Origin: Gemmatimonadota bacterium
GTDB lineage: Bacteria; Gemmatimonadota; Gemmatimonadetes; Gemmatimonadales; GWC2-71-9
Reading direction: 5' to 3'
DNA: 64,000 nt
Assembly (NCBI GenBank): GCA_039591655.1
Contig: JBDHDE010000015.1
Coordinates: forward strand, 1 to 64,000
Shown here: positions 41,655 to 51,247 of the stretch, in pieces
Layout: each line of letters opens with the position of its first letter
Position numbering within the stretch: position 1 is the first letter of the stretch
The notes under the pieces: generated by a model
What the model was told of the DNA's origin: nothing
What the model saw: only the letters and a program-made list of their open reading frames with translations
The model's database searches: none
Program-made: the position numbers and the translations under genes

Positions 41655-42416
41655 TCGGCCGGCTGCGGCCTCCAGTCCCGACCGGTTGCGGATCGTGATG
41701 GTGCGGCGGGAGACCTCCACGAGTTCCTGACCGCCCGAGGGACGCCCCGTGCGCGGGGACCGGCGGCGGTTGGGAATAGTCATCGTCTGCCGCGTGACCT
41801 CCACGAGCCCCTGAGTGGTCAGATCGCCCATCGCCCGGGATACCGTCTCGCGGCTCGAGCCCACCATCTGCGCGATGAGGTGGTGGGTGAGCTGCTGGGA
41901 GATGTGCACGCCGTCGTTCTGGTCGGCCAGATCGAGGAGCAGGCCGGCCACCCGAGCAGGCACGTCCTGGAGCACGAGGCTGCTGATCTTGCTGTCCGCC
42001 TGGCGGAGGCGCTTGCAGAATGCCCGCAGGAGACCGAACGCCACTTGCGGCATCTCCTCCAGACACCGCTGGAAGTCCTCACGGTGCAGAATCAGCAACT
42101 CGGAGTCTTCCATGGCGATGACGTTGGCCGAGACCGGCTGGTCGTCGATCAGCGACATCTCGCCAAAGAAGTCCCCTTTGGTGCGGGTGGAGAGGATGAC
42201 CTCCCGCCCGTCCTCGGCCGTGAGCACGATCTTGACCTGACCCGACAGCACCACGTAGAGCGCCTCACCAGGGCGGTCCTCGAACGCGATGATGCTGTTG
42301 CGGGCGTACGCGCGGGTATGGGCTGCCTCGGCGATCTTTTGAAGATCGCCTCCGCGGAGCTGTGTGAACAGCGGAACGTCTCGTAGAGCGTCGGAGACTG
42401 TAGCAGTGTTCGTCAT
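41649..42416 (-). CDS. Crp/Fnr-family transcriptional regulator
   Basis: cNMP-binding fold (GDFFGEMSL), HTH with IAQMVGSSRETVSR. Confidence 0.95.
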   Translation of the reverse strand: MTNTATVSDALRDVPLFTQLRGGDLQKIAEAAHTRAYARNSIIAFEDRPGEALYVVLSGQVKIVLTAEDGREVILSTRTKGDFFGEMSLIDDQPVSANVIAMEDSELLILHREDFQRCLEEMPQVAFGLLRAFCKRLRQADSKISSLVLQDVPARVAGLLLDLADQNDGVHISQQLTHHLIAQMVGSSRETVSRAMGDLTTQGLVEVTRQTMTIPNRRRSPRTGRPSGGQELVEVSRRTITIRNRSGLEAAAGRS

Positions 42417-42440
42417 AGTAGACTCGGCTGCTGTCGCGTC

Positions 42441-42469
42441 AAGCTAAAGCGAGCCGGGCCGTAGGTCAA
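42441..42469 (-). promoter_or_regulatory. sigma70-like promoter of the Crp/Fnr gene
   Basis: TTGACC-N17-TAGCTT on the minus strand, 25 nt upstream of the ATG. Confidence 0.5.
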
Positions 42470-42572
42470 TCACCTCGGCGGCGGATGTTGCCCCGGCGCA
42501 TCACCGGGGCTCGACATCGAGCCCCTCAATCTGAATAATGGGGCGGCTCACCAGGGAGGGGGGAGGCCCAGC

Positions 42573-43013
42573 ATGACCGAGATCAAGTTCCGGGTCACCG
42601 GGTGGAAGGCCGTCATCGTGCTGATCGCCGTGGCGGCCTTCCTTGGCTACCGGTACAATGCGCTGCGGACTACGCTCGCCACGGAGGCTGCCGATGAGCT
42701 GCGGTTTTGGCTCGCCGCCGAGTACATGGCGCAGGGCCTCCCGACGCTGGAGGAGGCCCTGGAGCGCGGCGACGAAGCCGCAGCCGAGCTCCAGGCGCGG
42801 GAAATCGTTGCCCGGGACCGTATCGAGTTTCCCCAGCTCAGCGCCCGGGGAGACCCGGAGGACGTGGTGGTCCGGGCCGAGATCCTGGTGGATGGCGGGA
42901 CCCCTCCGGATGGCCGGAGCGTGCGCTACTTTCGCATGCGGCACTCGATGGTGACCGGGTGGCGCATGCGGTACGAAGCACACGCGGTCTCGTACTACCT
43001 GAAGTTCTTCTAG
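42573..43013 (+). CDS. Hypothetical single-TM protein
   Basis: GGAGG RBS; N-terminal TM; 146 aa with host-like codon usage. Confidence 0.75.
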   Translation: MTEIKFRVTGWKAVIVLIAVAAFLGYRYNALRTTLATEAADELRFWLAAEYMAQGLPTLEEALERGDEAAAELQAREIVARDRIEFPQLSARGDPEDVVVRAEILVDGGTPPDGRSVRYFRMRHSMVTGWRMRYEAHAVSYYLKFF

Positions 43014-43031
43014 CGGTCGGACCGCCCCGCC

Positions 43032-46000
43032 TCACTTGCAGGGCAGGAAGCGAACCGTCGTTTCCATCTCTTCGAGTACCTGAGCCAGGGCGGACACCGT
43101 CTCGTCGATGTCATGCTCCGTGGTTTCTGACGAGAGGGAGAAACGCACTGCGCAGTGCACCGCCTCCTCATCGCGGCCCATCGCGATGAGCACGTGCGTG
43201 GGTTCGGGCGAGCCGGACTTGCAGGCCGACCCGGAGGACAGCGAGATCCCGTGCTGATCGAGAGCCACGACGAGTGACTCGCCCCTGAGACCGGGCAGGG
43301 TCAGGTTGAGGGTGTTGGCGAGCCGTTCGTCGGCGTGGCCGTTCAAGACCGCCTGGGGGATCAGCATCCGAATGCCGGCGGCCAGCTTGTCCCGCAGCCG
43401 CTTCGTCTCCTCGCTGTCCCGCACCGCCTGCAGGGCGAGCTGGGCGGCCTTCCCCATCCCCACGATGGCCGGCACATTCTCGGTCCCTGCGCGCAGCCCC
43501 GCCTCCTGCTTCCCGCCATGGACGAGCGGCGCCAGCTTCACGCCGCGCCTCACGTACAGGGCCCCGACCCCCTTGGGTCCGTGGAACTTGTGCCCGGAGA
43601 GGGTCAAGAGGTCGGCCCCGAGGGCGTTCACGTCGATGGGGATCTTCCCCGCCGCCTGCACGGCGTCGGTGTGGAACAGGGCGCCGTGCTCGTGGGCGAT
43701 TGCGCGGAGATCGGCAATCGGCTGGATCGTCCCGACCTCATTGTTGGCCATCATTACGGAGACGAGAACGGTGTCGGCAGTGAGGGCCCGGCGCAGCGTC
43801 TCGGGATGCAGCACTCCGTCTCGGTCCACCTCACAGTAGGTCACACGGTAGCCGATATCCTCCAGAAACCGGCACGTCTCCAGGACTGCGGGGTGCTCGA
43901 TCGCACTCGTGACGATGTGGCTCCCGGGGCCGCCGTTCGCGAATGCAATCCCCTTGATGGCGAGGTTGTCGCCTTCGGAGCCGCCGCCGGTGAAGATGAT
44001 ACGCCGGGGGCGGGCGTTGATGAGTCGCGCCACGTGGCGCCGGGCGGTTTCGATGCCCTCCCGGGCGTCCCGGCCCACCCCGTGGATGCTCGAGGGGTTC
44101 CCGTGGCTGGCTGCGAGGTAGGGGAGCATCGCCTCCCGGGCCGCGTCGGCCACACGGGTCGTGGCGTTGTTGTCGAGATAGATCCGCCGCGGCGGTGCCT
44201 TGGCCCGGGCTGGCGCGCCCAGCACGACGGGTCCGCAGGCCTCGGCGGCGCGGTCGGCGCTGCGGCGGGTGGACGGCGTCCCCGCCTCGACCTTCGCCAC
44301 GTCGCACAGCAGCGCCTTGTAGACGGGGAAGCCTGAAATCTCGTCGCAGTTGTCGAGGTCGGTGAGCTCGTTGACGTTCCAGTCCTGCCACGCCTTGGAT
44401 CCCACGGGCGTGCCGCCTCCCATGTTGCACTCGATGGCGCCGGCAACGATGTCGTCGGTCACCCGCGCCCTGAACGGCACGCTGCCGCGGAGGGTGCGCA
44501 CCTCGACCAAGTCCCCGGTGCGGATGTCGCGCCGGGCGGCATCGGCGGCGCTCAGCTCCACCGTGGGCTCCGGGTTGTCCTTGGCCAGGCCCGCGATGCC
44601 GTGATGCTGGGACCGGAAGTCGGTGTGAGGCCTGGCGCCGGAGTTGAACACCAGTGGGAACTGCTCGCCGAGGTCTGGCCGGCTGACTGGGCCTTCGGTT
44701 GGCTCGGTGTACTTCGGGAGCGGCTCGTGGCCGTACTCCTCCAACAATGTGGACCAGATCTCGAACTTGCCGGTGGGGGTGTCGAAGCCGGACTCGCCGT
44801 CCTGCCGCAGGCCGCCCTTCTCCCACTTCCTGTAATCCATCATGGGGGTGGGGGTCTTCACCCAACCACCGGATTCCCTGACGTCTTCCAGAGTGTGGCC
44901 CGAGCCCTCCAGGGCGAAGCGGATCATCTCCTCCTCGCTCTGGGGGTAGAGTTGGCCGTACCCGAGGCGCCGGGCCAGCTCGGCCATGATGAGGTAGTCG
45001 TTGCGGGCCTCTCCCACCGGCTCGACGAGCTTCTCCCGCAGGCGGAATATCGGGCCGTACACCATGTACGAATCGATCTCGAACATGGTGGTGGCGGGCA
45101 GCACGACGTCGGCGTAGGCAGCGTCGGCGGTGAGCTGCCGGTCGATGCAAACCAGGAAGTCCAACGCGCGCAGCGTGTCGCGCCACAGCGCTGTCTGCGG
45201 CCAGGAGGTGAGCAGGGACGCCCCGTGCACGATCAGCCCCCGGATGCGGTAGGGTTTGCCCTCGAGCACGGATGTGACCAGGCCGCTGGCGTGCGACTCG
45301 CCCCGGAGGTTGCTGTAGATGGGGAACTTCTCCCGAGCGACCGCGCGGTCCAGGTCGGGGTTCTCCTGGTTGCAGGATCGGTTGATCGGAAAGTGCGAGC
45401 CCAGCATCGCCAGGCCGATGCCGCCCGGGACATCCAGCTGCCCCGCCAGCGCGAACAGGGTCAGGACAGCGCGGATGGCCTGGATGCCGCTGTTGGAGTA
45501 CTCCAGGCCGGTGTACATGACGGGGCAGGCGCCCGTTGCGTTGCAGATGCGCCGCGCCAGCTCCCGAATGGTATCCGCCGGCACCCCGGTGATCGACTCG
45601 GCAACCTCGGGGCGGAAGTGTTGCACATAGGTCCGGAGCTCCTCGAAGCCGTGACACCACTGCTCGGCGAACGGTTCGTCGTAGAGTTCCTCGTCGATCA
45701 TGACCTCGATCAGGCTGAGCGCGAGGGCGCCGTCGGTTCCCGGGCGGATGGGGACCCATTGGGCTCCAGTCCGCGCGACCGTCTCCGTGCGGCGGGGATC
45801 GATCACGACGATGTCGGCGCCCCGCCTGGCGGCCGCCTCCAGCCGATGCATGTCCAGAGGCGGGGAGTCTGTGGCCGGATTCGCCCCCCACACCACCAGC
45901 ATTTCCGCGTTCTCCATGTCTGTGAACATGTTGACCAGCATCCGTCCCATGGTGACGAAGGGTGCGATCATGGCGAAGGACACGTAACAGAGCGCGCCCA

Positions 46001-46439
46001 CACCCATGGTGTTGGGAGAGCCGAACGGGAACAGCATGTTGGAGGCCGAGGATACCGCCACGCCCTTGGGTTGGAACATGTCGCACAGGGAGAGTTCGAA
46101 GGCCCCACGGCCTGTGTAGATCGAGACGGCCTCCGGACCGGATTCGTGCTTGATCGTGTTGAGGCGCTCGACGATGAGGTCGTACGCCTCGTCCCACGTG
46201 ATGCGCTCGAACTCGAGCGTCCCCTTCGGGCCGACGCGCCTCAGGGGATGCCTGAGGCGGTGCTCCGAGTAGATGATCTCGGGGGCGTGGGACCCGCGCC
46301 GGCAGATCATGCCGAGCGGGTGACCGGTGTCCGCCCGGATGTCCTCGATCTTCCTGTTCCGCATCCCCACCTCGACCCAGCATCCCGCGGGACAGATGCC
46401 GCAGATTCCCTTCTTCCAGTCGAGCTGCTGCTGAGCCAT
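43032..46439 (-). CDS. Fusion: DMSO-reductase-family molybdopterin oxidoreductase plus IscS/NifS-type cysteine desulfurase
   Basis: N-terminal CGICPAGC...C cluster motif, RLRHPL, WGANP, IRPGTD, ADVVLPA, molydop-binding domain; C-terminal IYLDNNATT, GNPSS, FHTDAVQ, SGHKFHGPKG, SSGSAC. Confidence 0.93.
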   Translation of the reverse strand: MAQQQLDWKKGICGICPAGCWVEVGMRNRKIEDIRADTGHPLGMICRRGSHAPEIIYSEHRLRHPLRRVGPKGTLEFERITWDEAYDLIVERLNTIKHESGPEAVSIYTGRGAFELSLCDMFQPKGVAVSSASNMLFPFGSPNTMGVGALCYVSFAMIAPFVTMGRMLVNMFTDMENAEMLVVWGANPATDSPPLDMHRLEAAARRGADIVVIDPRRTETVARTGAQWVPIRPGTDGALALSLIEVMIDEELYDEPFAEQWCHGFEELRTYVQHFRPEVAESITGVPADTIRELARRICNATGACPVMYTGLEYSNSGIQAIRAVLTLFALAGQLDVPGGIGLAMLGSHFPINRSCNQENPDLDRAVAREKFPIYSNLRGESHASGLVTSVLEGKPYRIRGLIVHGASLLTSWPQTALWRDTLRALDFLVCIDRQLTADAAYADVVLPATTMFEIDSYMVYGPIFRLREKLVEPVGEARNDYLIMAELARRLGYGQLYPQSEEEMIRFALEGSGHTLEDVRESGGWVKTPTPMMDYRKWEKGGLRQDGESGFDTPTGKFEIWSTLLEEYGHEPLPKYTEPTEGPVSRPDLGEQFPLVFNSGARPHTDFRSQHHGIAGLAKDNPEPTVELSAADAARRDIRTGDLVEVRTLRGSVPFRARVTDDIVAGAIECNMGGGTPVGSKAWQDWNVNELTDLDNCDEISGFPVYKALLCDVAKVEAGTPSTRRSADRAAEACGPVVLGAPARAKAPPRRIYLDNNATTRVADAAREAMLPYLAASHGNPSSIHGVGRDAREGIETARRHVARLINARPRRIIFTGGGSEGDNLAIKGIAFANGGPGSHIVTSAIEHPAVLETCRFLEDIGYRVTYCEVDRDGVLHPETLRRALTADTVLVSVMMANNEVGTIQPIADLRAIAHEHGALFHTDAVQAAGKIPIDVNALGADLLTLSGHKFHGPKGVGALYVRRGVKLAPLVHGGKQEAGLRAGTENVPAIVGMGKAAQLALQAVRDSEETKRLRDKLAAGIRMLIPQAVLNGHADERLANTLNLTLPGLRGESLVVALDQHGISLSSGSACKSGSPEPTHVLIAMGRDEEAVHCAVRFSLSSETTEHDIDETVSALAQVLEEMETTVRFLPCK

Positions 46440-46602
46440 CGAGCCGTCCAGTGAGCTGCGAGGTATGTCTTGGCTAGGGTGCGTCTAGCCGTACCGGCCG
46501 GTGCACGGCCTGCCGGCCGGTCCTGCTCTCGAGCCTGCGTTGCACGGTGGTTTCCTGCCTAGTACTCCGCCGCAGGGTGGCGGATCCCCCGGCGGCGGAC
46601 CG

Positions 46603-47229
46603 TCACTCGTCTGCCACGTAGGCGCGGGTGATGATCACGGGCTCCACTGGCACCGCTTCGTGCCGGCCTCGGCGCTGAGTGGGCACCGCGGCGATTGCAT
46701 CCACGGCATCCATGCCCTCCACGACCCGTCCAAACACGGCGTAGCCCCAGCGCCCCGCGGCGCTGTCGTAGTCGAGTCCGGCGTTGTCCACGAGGTTGAT
46801 GAAGAACTGCGTCGTGGCGCTATGAGGATCGTTGAGCCGGGCCATAGCGACGGTTCCGCGAAGATTCCTGAGCCCGTTGGCAGCCTCGTTGTGCACTGAG
46901 CCTGCGGAGCTCGAGCGCCCCCCCATCTCGGCGGTGTATTTCCCTGCCTGGATCATGAACCCCGGCCTGACGCGGTGGAACGTCAGGCTGTCGTAGAAGC
47001 CGACCTCCACGTGGCCCACGAAGTTGGCGACGCTGAGCGGCGCCCTCTCGCGATCGAGCTCAACCACGATCCGGCCCTTGGTCGTCTCCAGCACGACGGT
47101 GGGGGAGGGATCGGCCGCCCGTTCGGCGGCGGTTCCGCGCTCCCCGTCGCCGTTCCCGTCGGTGGACTGGCACGCGGCCAGCAACAGGATGAGCGGCATC
47201 CCGGCGGATATGCGGCGAACGGCTCTCAC
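46603..47229 (-). CDS. Cyclophilin-type peptidyl-prolyl isomerase, lipoprotein
   Basis: Lipobox LAAC; FHRV..GFMIQ, RGTVAMAR, SATTQFFINL, YAVFGRV. Confidence 0.95.
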   Translation of the reverse strand: MRAVRRISAGMPLILLLAACQSTDGNGDGERGTAAERAADPSPTVVLETTKGRIVVELDRERAPLSVANFVGHVEVGFYDSLTFHRVRPGFMIQAGKYTAEMGGRSSSAGSVHNEAANGLRNLRGTVAMARLNDPHSATTQFFINLVDNAGLDYDSAAGRWGYAVFGRVVEGMDAVDAIAAVPTQRRGRHEAVPVEPVIITRAYVADE

Positions 47230-47392
47230 GTGATGCCCCCTTGTGGTGATGCCCGGGCGGGTTCGCTGCGCTGCCCCGGATGCGGCAACAGCAAGGGTTC
47301 GCCACCGGACCCCGGCTCGTCAAGGGGCCCGGGGGAGCCGCTCGCGCCCTGCCGCGGATCGACTAGTTTATATGATCTCGTGAGGGGGTGAT

Positions 47393-49678
47393 TTGAGCCC
47401 GACCGATCGCGCGACCAATACGGCCTTCATCGCCGCGGTGGTGACCGCAACCGCGATGATCGCCTTCCAGATGGCGGCCAAGGCGACGAGGGATGCGCTG
47501 TTCCTGTCCACCTTCGACGTCTCCGCCCTTCCCCGGATGGTGATCGTCGCGGCGTTGGTCGCGGTGGGCGTGGCCCTACTGGCATCCCGGTGGATGACGG
47601 CAGTCGGGCCCGGACGTCTGGTGCCCGCAGCGTTCGCACTGAGCGCCGCATTACTGTTGGCGGAGTGGGCCCTGATTGGCCCGTTTCGCCGCGGGGTGGC
47701 CATCGCCCTCTACCTGCACTATGCGGCGCTGGGCGCGGTGCTGATCTCCGGCTTCTGGTCCGTCGTGAACGAGCGTTTCGATCCGCGCACCGCGAAGCGC
47801 TACGTGGGCCGGATCGCCGCGGGCGCAACCGTGGGCGGTGTGCTGGGCGGCCTCCTGGCTGAGCGGGTCGGTGCGACCCTCTCCATGGCGGCAATGCTGC
47901 CGATCCTCGCGGGCATCCACTTCCTCTGTGCCTTCGTGGTGAACGGTGTGCCGGCAGAGCGCCGACCGGCGCCGCAGCGGCGCTCGCGCCGGAGCGTCGG
48001 ACGGCCCCCGGAGCGCTCGGGGCTCAAGACGCTGGCCAATACCCCCTATCTCCGTGGATTGGTGGCGCTGGTCCTCCTCGCCACGATCACGGAGGTCCTG
48101 ATCGACTACGTCTTCAAGGCACGAGCCACGGGGGCGTTGGGGAGCGGCGAGTCGCTGCTGCGGTTCTTCGCCGCCTTCTACACCGGTGTTTCCCTGCTCA
48201 CCGTGCTGGTCCAGGCGGCAGCCAGCCGGGTGACGCTGCAGCACCTGGGGCTGACCCGCACAGTGGCCCTGTTGCCGGCGGTCACGGGCCTGGGGAGTGT
48301 GGGGGCGCTGGCCTTCCCTGGGCTTGCCAGTGCGTCTGCGGCGCGGGGATCGGAGCAGGTCCTCCGCAACGGGCTCTACCGCTCTGGCTATGAGCTGCTG
48401 TTCACCCCGCTGCAGCCGGAGCAGAAGCGCGCCACGAAGACTCTGGTGGACGTTGGCGTCGTGCGATTGGGAGACATCCTCGGGGGGGCGATCGTTCAGG
48501 TGCTGCTCCTGGTGGCGGTAGCCGGGGTGAGCCGCTTGCTCCTGGGTCTCGCCGCGGTGATCTCCGTGGTGGCCGTGGTCGTCGCACTGGGGCTGCGCCG
48601 GGGGTACATGAACACCCTGGAACGCAGCCTGCTGTCGCGGGCCGTGGAGCTCGACCTGGAAGAGGTGGACGACATCACCACCCGTACCGCGGTGCTCCAC
48701 AGCACGGGGACGTTGGCGTTGGGCCTGACGGCGGCTCACCCGACCCCGACGCTTGATCATGCGATCCCGACGCCCGCGATGGGCGTCAAATCGCCGGTTG
48801 CCGCGGCGGAAGTGCCGGGGCGGGAAAAGGTAGCGACGCCGGCGACCCCGCTGGACCCGGAGGTGGCCTTGATCGTGGAGCTTCGGTCACGGGACGCCCC
48901 CCGCGTGATCGCCGCGTTGGGAGCGGGGCGTCTCACGCCGACCGTTGTGCCCCACGTGATCCCGCTGCTCGCCTGGGACGAGGTCGTGGCGGACGCGCTC
49001 GCGGCACTGCGTGAGGTGGCGCACCAGGTCACGGGGCAGCTGGCGGACCGCCTGCTCGATCACGGCGAGGAGTTTGCCGTGCGCCGGCGTCTCCCCCTCG
49101 CGCTCGTGGCCAGCCCGACGGAGCGCGCGCTCGACACCCTCTTCCGGGGGCTCGACGATCCGCGGTTCGAGGTGCGCTATCGTTGCGGGCGGGCGCTGGT
49201 TCGCCTACTGGAGCTCAACCCCAAGCTCCGGGTGGAAGAAGAGCGCGCCTACGCTGCGGTGCTGGGGGAAGTGGCAGTGGACAAGGGTGTGTGGGAGAGC
49301 CACCGGTTGCTCGACAAGATGGAGGACGAGGAATGGTCCCCTGTGATGGACGAGGTGTTGCGCGAACGGGCGAACCGCAGCCTGGAGCACGTGTTTACCG
49401 TGTTGTCCCTGGTCCTGCCGCGCCAACCTCTCAAGATCGCGTTCCGCGGACTTCACGCCAAGGACGCGATCCTTCGAGGTACGGCGCTGGAGTATCTGGA
49501 GAGTGCGTTGCCGGAGCATGTACGGGTGCAGCTCTGGCCCTTTCTCGAGGATACCCGTCCCCGCCGGCGGGAGTCCCGGACCACGGATGAGGTGCTGCAG
49601 GACCTGTTCCAGTCCAACCAGTCCATCGTGATGAACCTCAAGGAGCTGCGGAAGCAAAAGAAGGAGGAGTCGGGGTAG
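47393..49678 (+). CDS. TLC/Npt (ATP/ADP translocase-like) MFS domain fused to HEAT repeats
   Basis: KATRDALFLS, FWSVVNERFDPRTAKR, ELLFTPL...KRATKTLVDV..RLGD; C-terminal LDDPRFEVR, LRGTALEYL. Confidence 0.8.
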   Translation: MSPTDRATNTAFIAAVVTATAMIAFQMAAKATRDALFLSTFDVSALPRMVIVAALVAVGVALLASRWMTAVGPGRLVPAAFALSAALLLAEWALIGPFRRGVAIALYLHYAALGAVLISGFWSVVNERFDPRTAKRYVGRIAAGATVGGVLGGLLAERVGATLSMAAMLPILAGIHFLCAFVVNGVPAERRPAPQRRSRRSVGRPPERSGLKTLANTPYLRGLVALVLLATITEVLIDYVFKARATGALGSGESLLRFFAAFYTGVSLLTVLVQAAASRVTLQHLGLTRTVALLPAVTGLGSVGALAFPGLASASAARGSEQVLRNGLYRSGYELLFTPLQPEQKRATKTLVDVGVVRLGDILGGAIVQVLLLVAVAGVSRLLLGLAAVISVVAVVVALGLRRGYMNTLERSLLSRAVELDLEEVDDITTRTAVLHSTGTLALGLTAAHPTPTLDHAIPTPAMGVKSPVAAAEVPGREKVATPATPLDPEVALIVELRSRDAPRVIAALGAGRLTPTVVPHVIPLLAWDEVVADALAALREVAHQVTGQLADRLLDHGEEFAVRRRLPLALVASPTERALDTLFRGLDDPRFEVRYRCGRALVRLLELNPKLRVEEERAYAAVLGEVAVDKGVWESHRLLDKMEDEEWSPVMDEVLRERANRSLEHVFTVLSLVLPRQPLKIAFRGLHAKDAILRGTALEYLESALPEHVRVQLWPFLEDTRPRRRESRTTDEVLQDLFQSNQSIVMNLKELRKQKKEESG

Positions 49679-49702
49679 GGGCCCCCTTGGGCACAACGGG
49701 CA

Positions 49703-49738
49703 CCGGCCCTCAGCGCCCGTCGGGGTGCTGAGGGCCGG
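49703..49738. terminator. Long hairpin between convergent transporter genes
   Basis: CCGGCCCTCAGCGCCC-GTCG-GGGTGCTGAGGGCCGG (16-bp stem with one G-U). Confidence 0.65.
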
Positions 49739-49746
49739 CCTCGTTT

Positions 49747-51237
49747 CTAGAGCGTGGCTGCCGTCAGCCGGTCGTAGCGGCGGCCGATGAACACCGCCAG
49801 CGTGAGCCAGCAGAGCACCAGCACGACGTTCACCATGGCGAAGCCACCCGTGCTCAGCACGAGCAGATTGGCGCCCGCCGCGACGACGGCTGCCGATAGC
49901 AGGTCGCCGGCGCGCCAGAAGAACGAGTCGATGGCCTGCTTGGCCTTGTATTTCTCTTCCCGCGTGGTGGGCAGGAAGAGCGCGTGCCGCACGGTGTTGT
50001 TGAGCGAGTAGTCGGTAGCGTTCTCGGCGGTCTTGATCCAGCGGATGACGCCGAGGATCGGCACGAAGGCGATCGCCGCATACCCCAGGAGTGCGATCAC
50101 CGGCAGGAAGAGCAGAGCGCGGCGAACGCCGGCGTACTTGAAGACCCGGGAGACCACGAACGCCTGGAGCAGCAGCCCCAGGACGTTGACAACCGTGAAG
50201 AAGTTCGAGTAGAAAGCGGCGATGCGGTCCGTGACTTCCGCCGCGCCACCCCCCTCGGCTGCCACCGTCTGCTCCGTGAGGGCCTCCACGGCACGCCCCA
50301 GGATGTACTCGCCGTTGGTATTGACCCAGTTCAACAACATGATCAGTACGGCGATCGCCAGCAGGTAGCGGCTGCGCAGCACCAGCTGGAACGCGCCGCC
50401 CTCCGACTCGGGTTCCGGCGGTTCGACCTCGGGCTCCGGCGGTTCGACCTCGAGCTCCTCGCCGGGCTCCACCTTGAACACGCCGCTCTCCCGCTTGTAC
50501 TCCGGTTCCGGGATCTTGAACTCTCCGGTGGCGGCCCGGAACTGCCCGGTGGCCGCCGGTATCGTACCGGTGGTGAACGGGCCGGGCAGGTATGCCTCGG
50601 TGCGGCGCCGCTCCCGCGTGTCCACCACGTTCGTCATGACGGCCGCGATGATCAGGAACACGCCTGCGAGGATGAAGAGCTGGTAGATCCCGATGCCGCT
50701 CATGAGGTTGGGGATGTAGCTGCCGACCACCGCCCCGGCCGACGCGCCGACCCCCACGATGGGGAACAGCCGCTTGCCCTCGTCAGTCGTGTACACGTCG
50801 TTGGCGAACGCCCAGAACTGGGCGATCATCATGTTGTTGAAGATCCCGACCCACACGAAGAACGCGACGCCCAGGCCGAACCCGGACACCCCGATCTGCG
50901 CCACGATGTAGAACACCGCGAGGCAGGCGACGAAGAACGCCGTCACCCAGTTGATCAGCGTGCGCCGCGGAACACGGGCCGCTATGGCGCCGTAAGTGGG
51001 TACCATGACCGCCAGCAGCAGCACCATGCCGGCGGACGTGTAGCTCTTCACCTCCGCCGTGGCCCCGCCGAGGATCAGGGCCTCCCGCACCACCTTCAGC
51101 ACGTAGTAGGCGCTCAGGATGAGGAACACATTGAGCGTGAGGAGCAGCGCGTTGACGCTCTCTCCCGGGTGTACCTCGGTGAAGAGGCGCAGGAACCGGT
51201 CGACGGGACCCGGACGGTACGAGTTGGTCATGGTCAC
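49747..51237 (-). CDS. TLC/Npt-family nucleotide (ATP/ADP) transporter
   Basis: YYVLKVVREAL, QFWAFANDVYTTDEGKRLFP, DYSLNNTVRHALFLP...KYKAKQAID...RAGD. Confidence 0.88.
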   Translation of the reverse strand: MTMTNSYRPGPVDRFLRLFTEVHPGESVNALLLTLNVFLILSAYYVLKVVREALILGGATAEVKSYTSAGMVLLLAVMVPTYGAIAARVPRRTLINWVTAFFVACLAVFYIVAQIGVSGFGLGVAFFVWVGIFNNMMIAQFWAFANDVYTTDEGKRLFPIVGVGASAGAVVGSYIPNLMSGIGIYQLFILAGVFLIIAAVMTNVVDTRERRRTEAYLPGPFTTGTIPAATGQFRAATGEFKIPEPEYKRESGVFKVEPGEELEVEPPEPEVEPPEPESEGGAFQLVLRSRYLLAIAVLIMLLNWVNTNGEYILGRAVEALTEQTVAAEGGGAAEVTDRIAAFYSNFFTVVNVLGLLLQAFVVSRVFKYAGVRRALLFLPVIALLGYAAIAFVPILGVIRWIKTAENATDYSLNNTVRHALFLPTTREEKYKAKQAIDSFFWRAGDLLSAAVVAAGANLLVLSTGGFAMVNVVLVLCWLTLAVFIGRRYDRLTAATL

Positions 51238-51247
51238 CGACTCCTAA

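Noticed and set aside
43831..46454. Long alternative-frame ORFs (43831-46383 minus, 44601-46454 plus)
   Set aside because: Arg/Pro/Gly-rich shadow ORFs overlapping a well-supported gene, as expected at high GC
46440..46602. Three hairpins upstream of the molybdoenzyme as a Moco riboswitch
   Set aside because: Could not find the Moco RNA conserved elements; GC-rich hairpins may be chance or terminator structures
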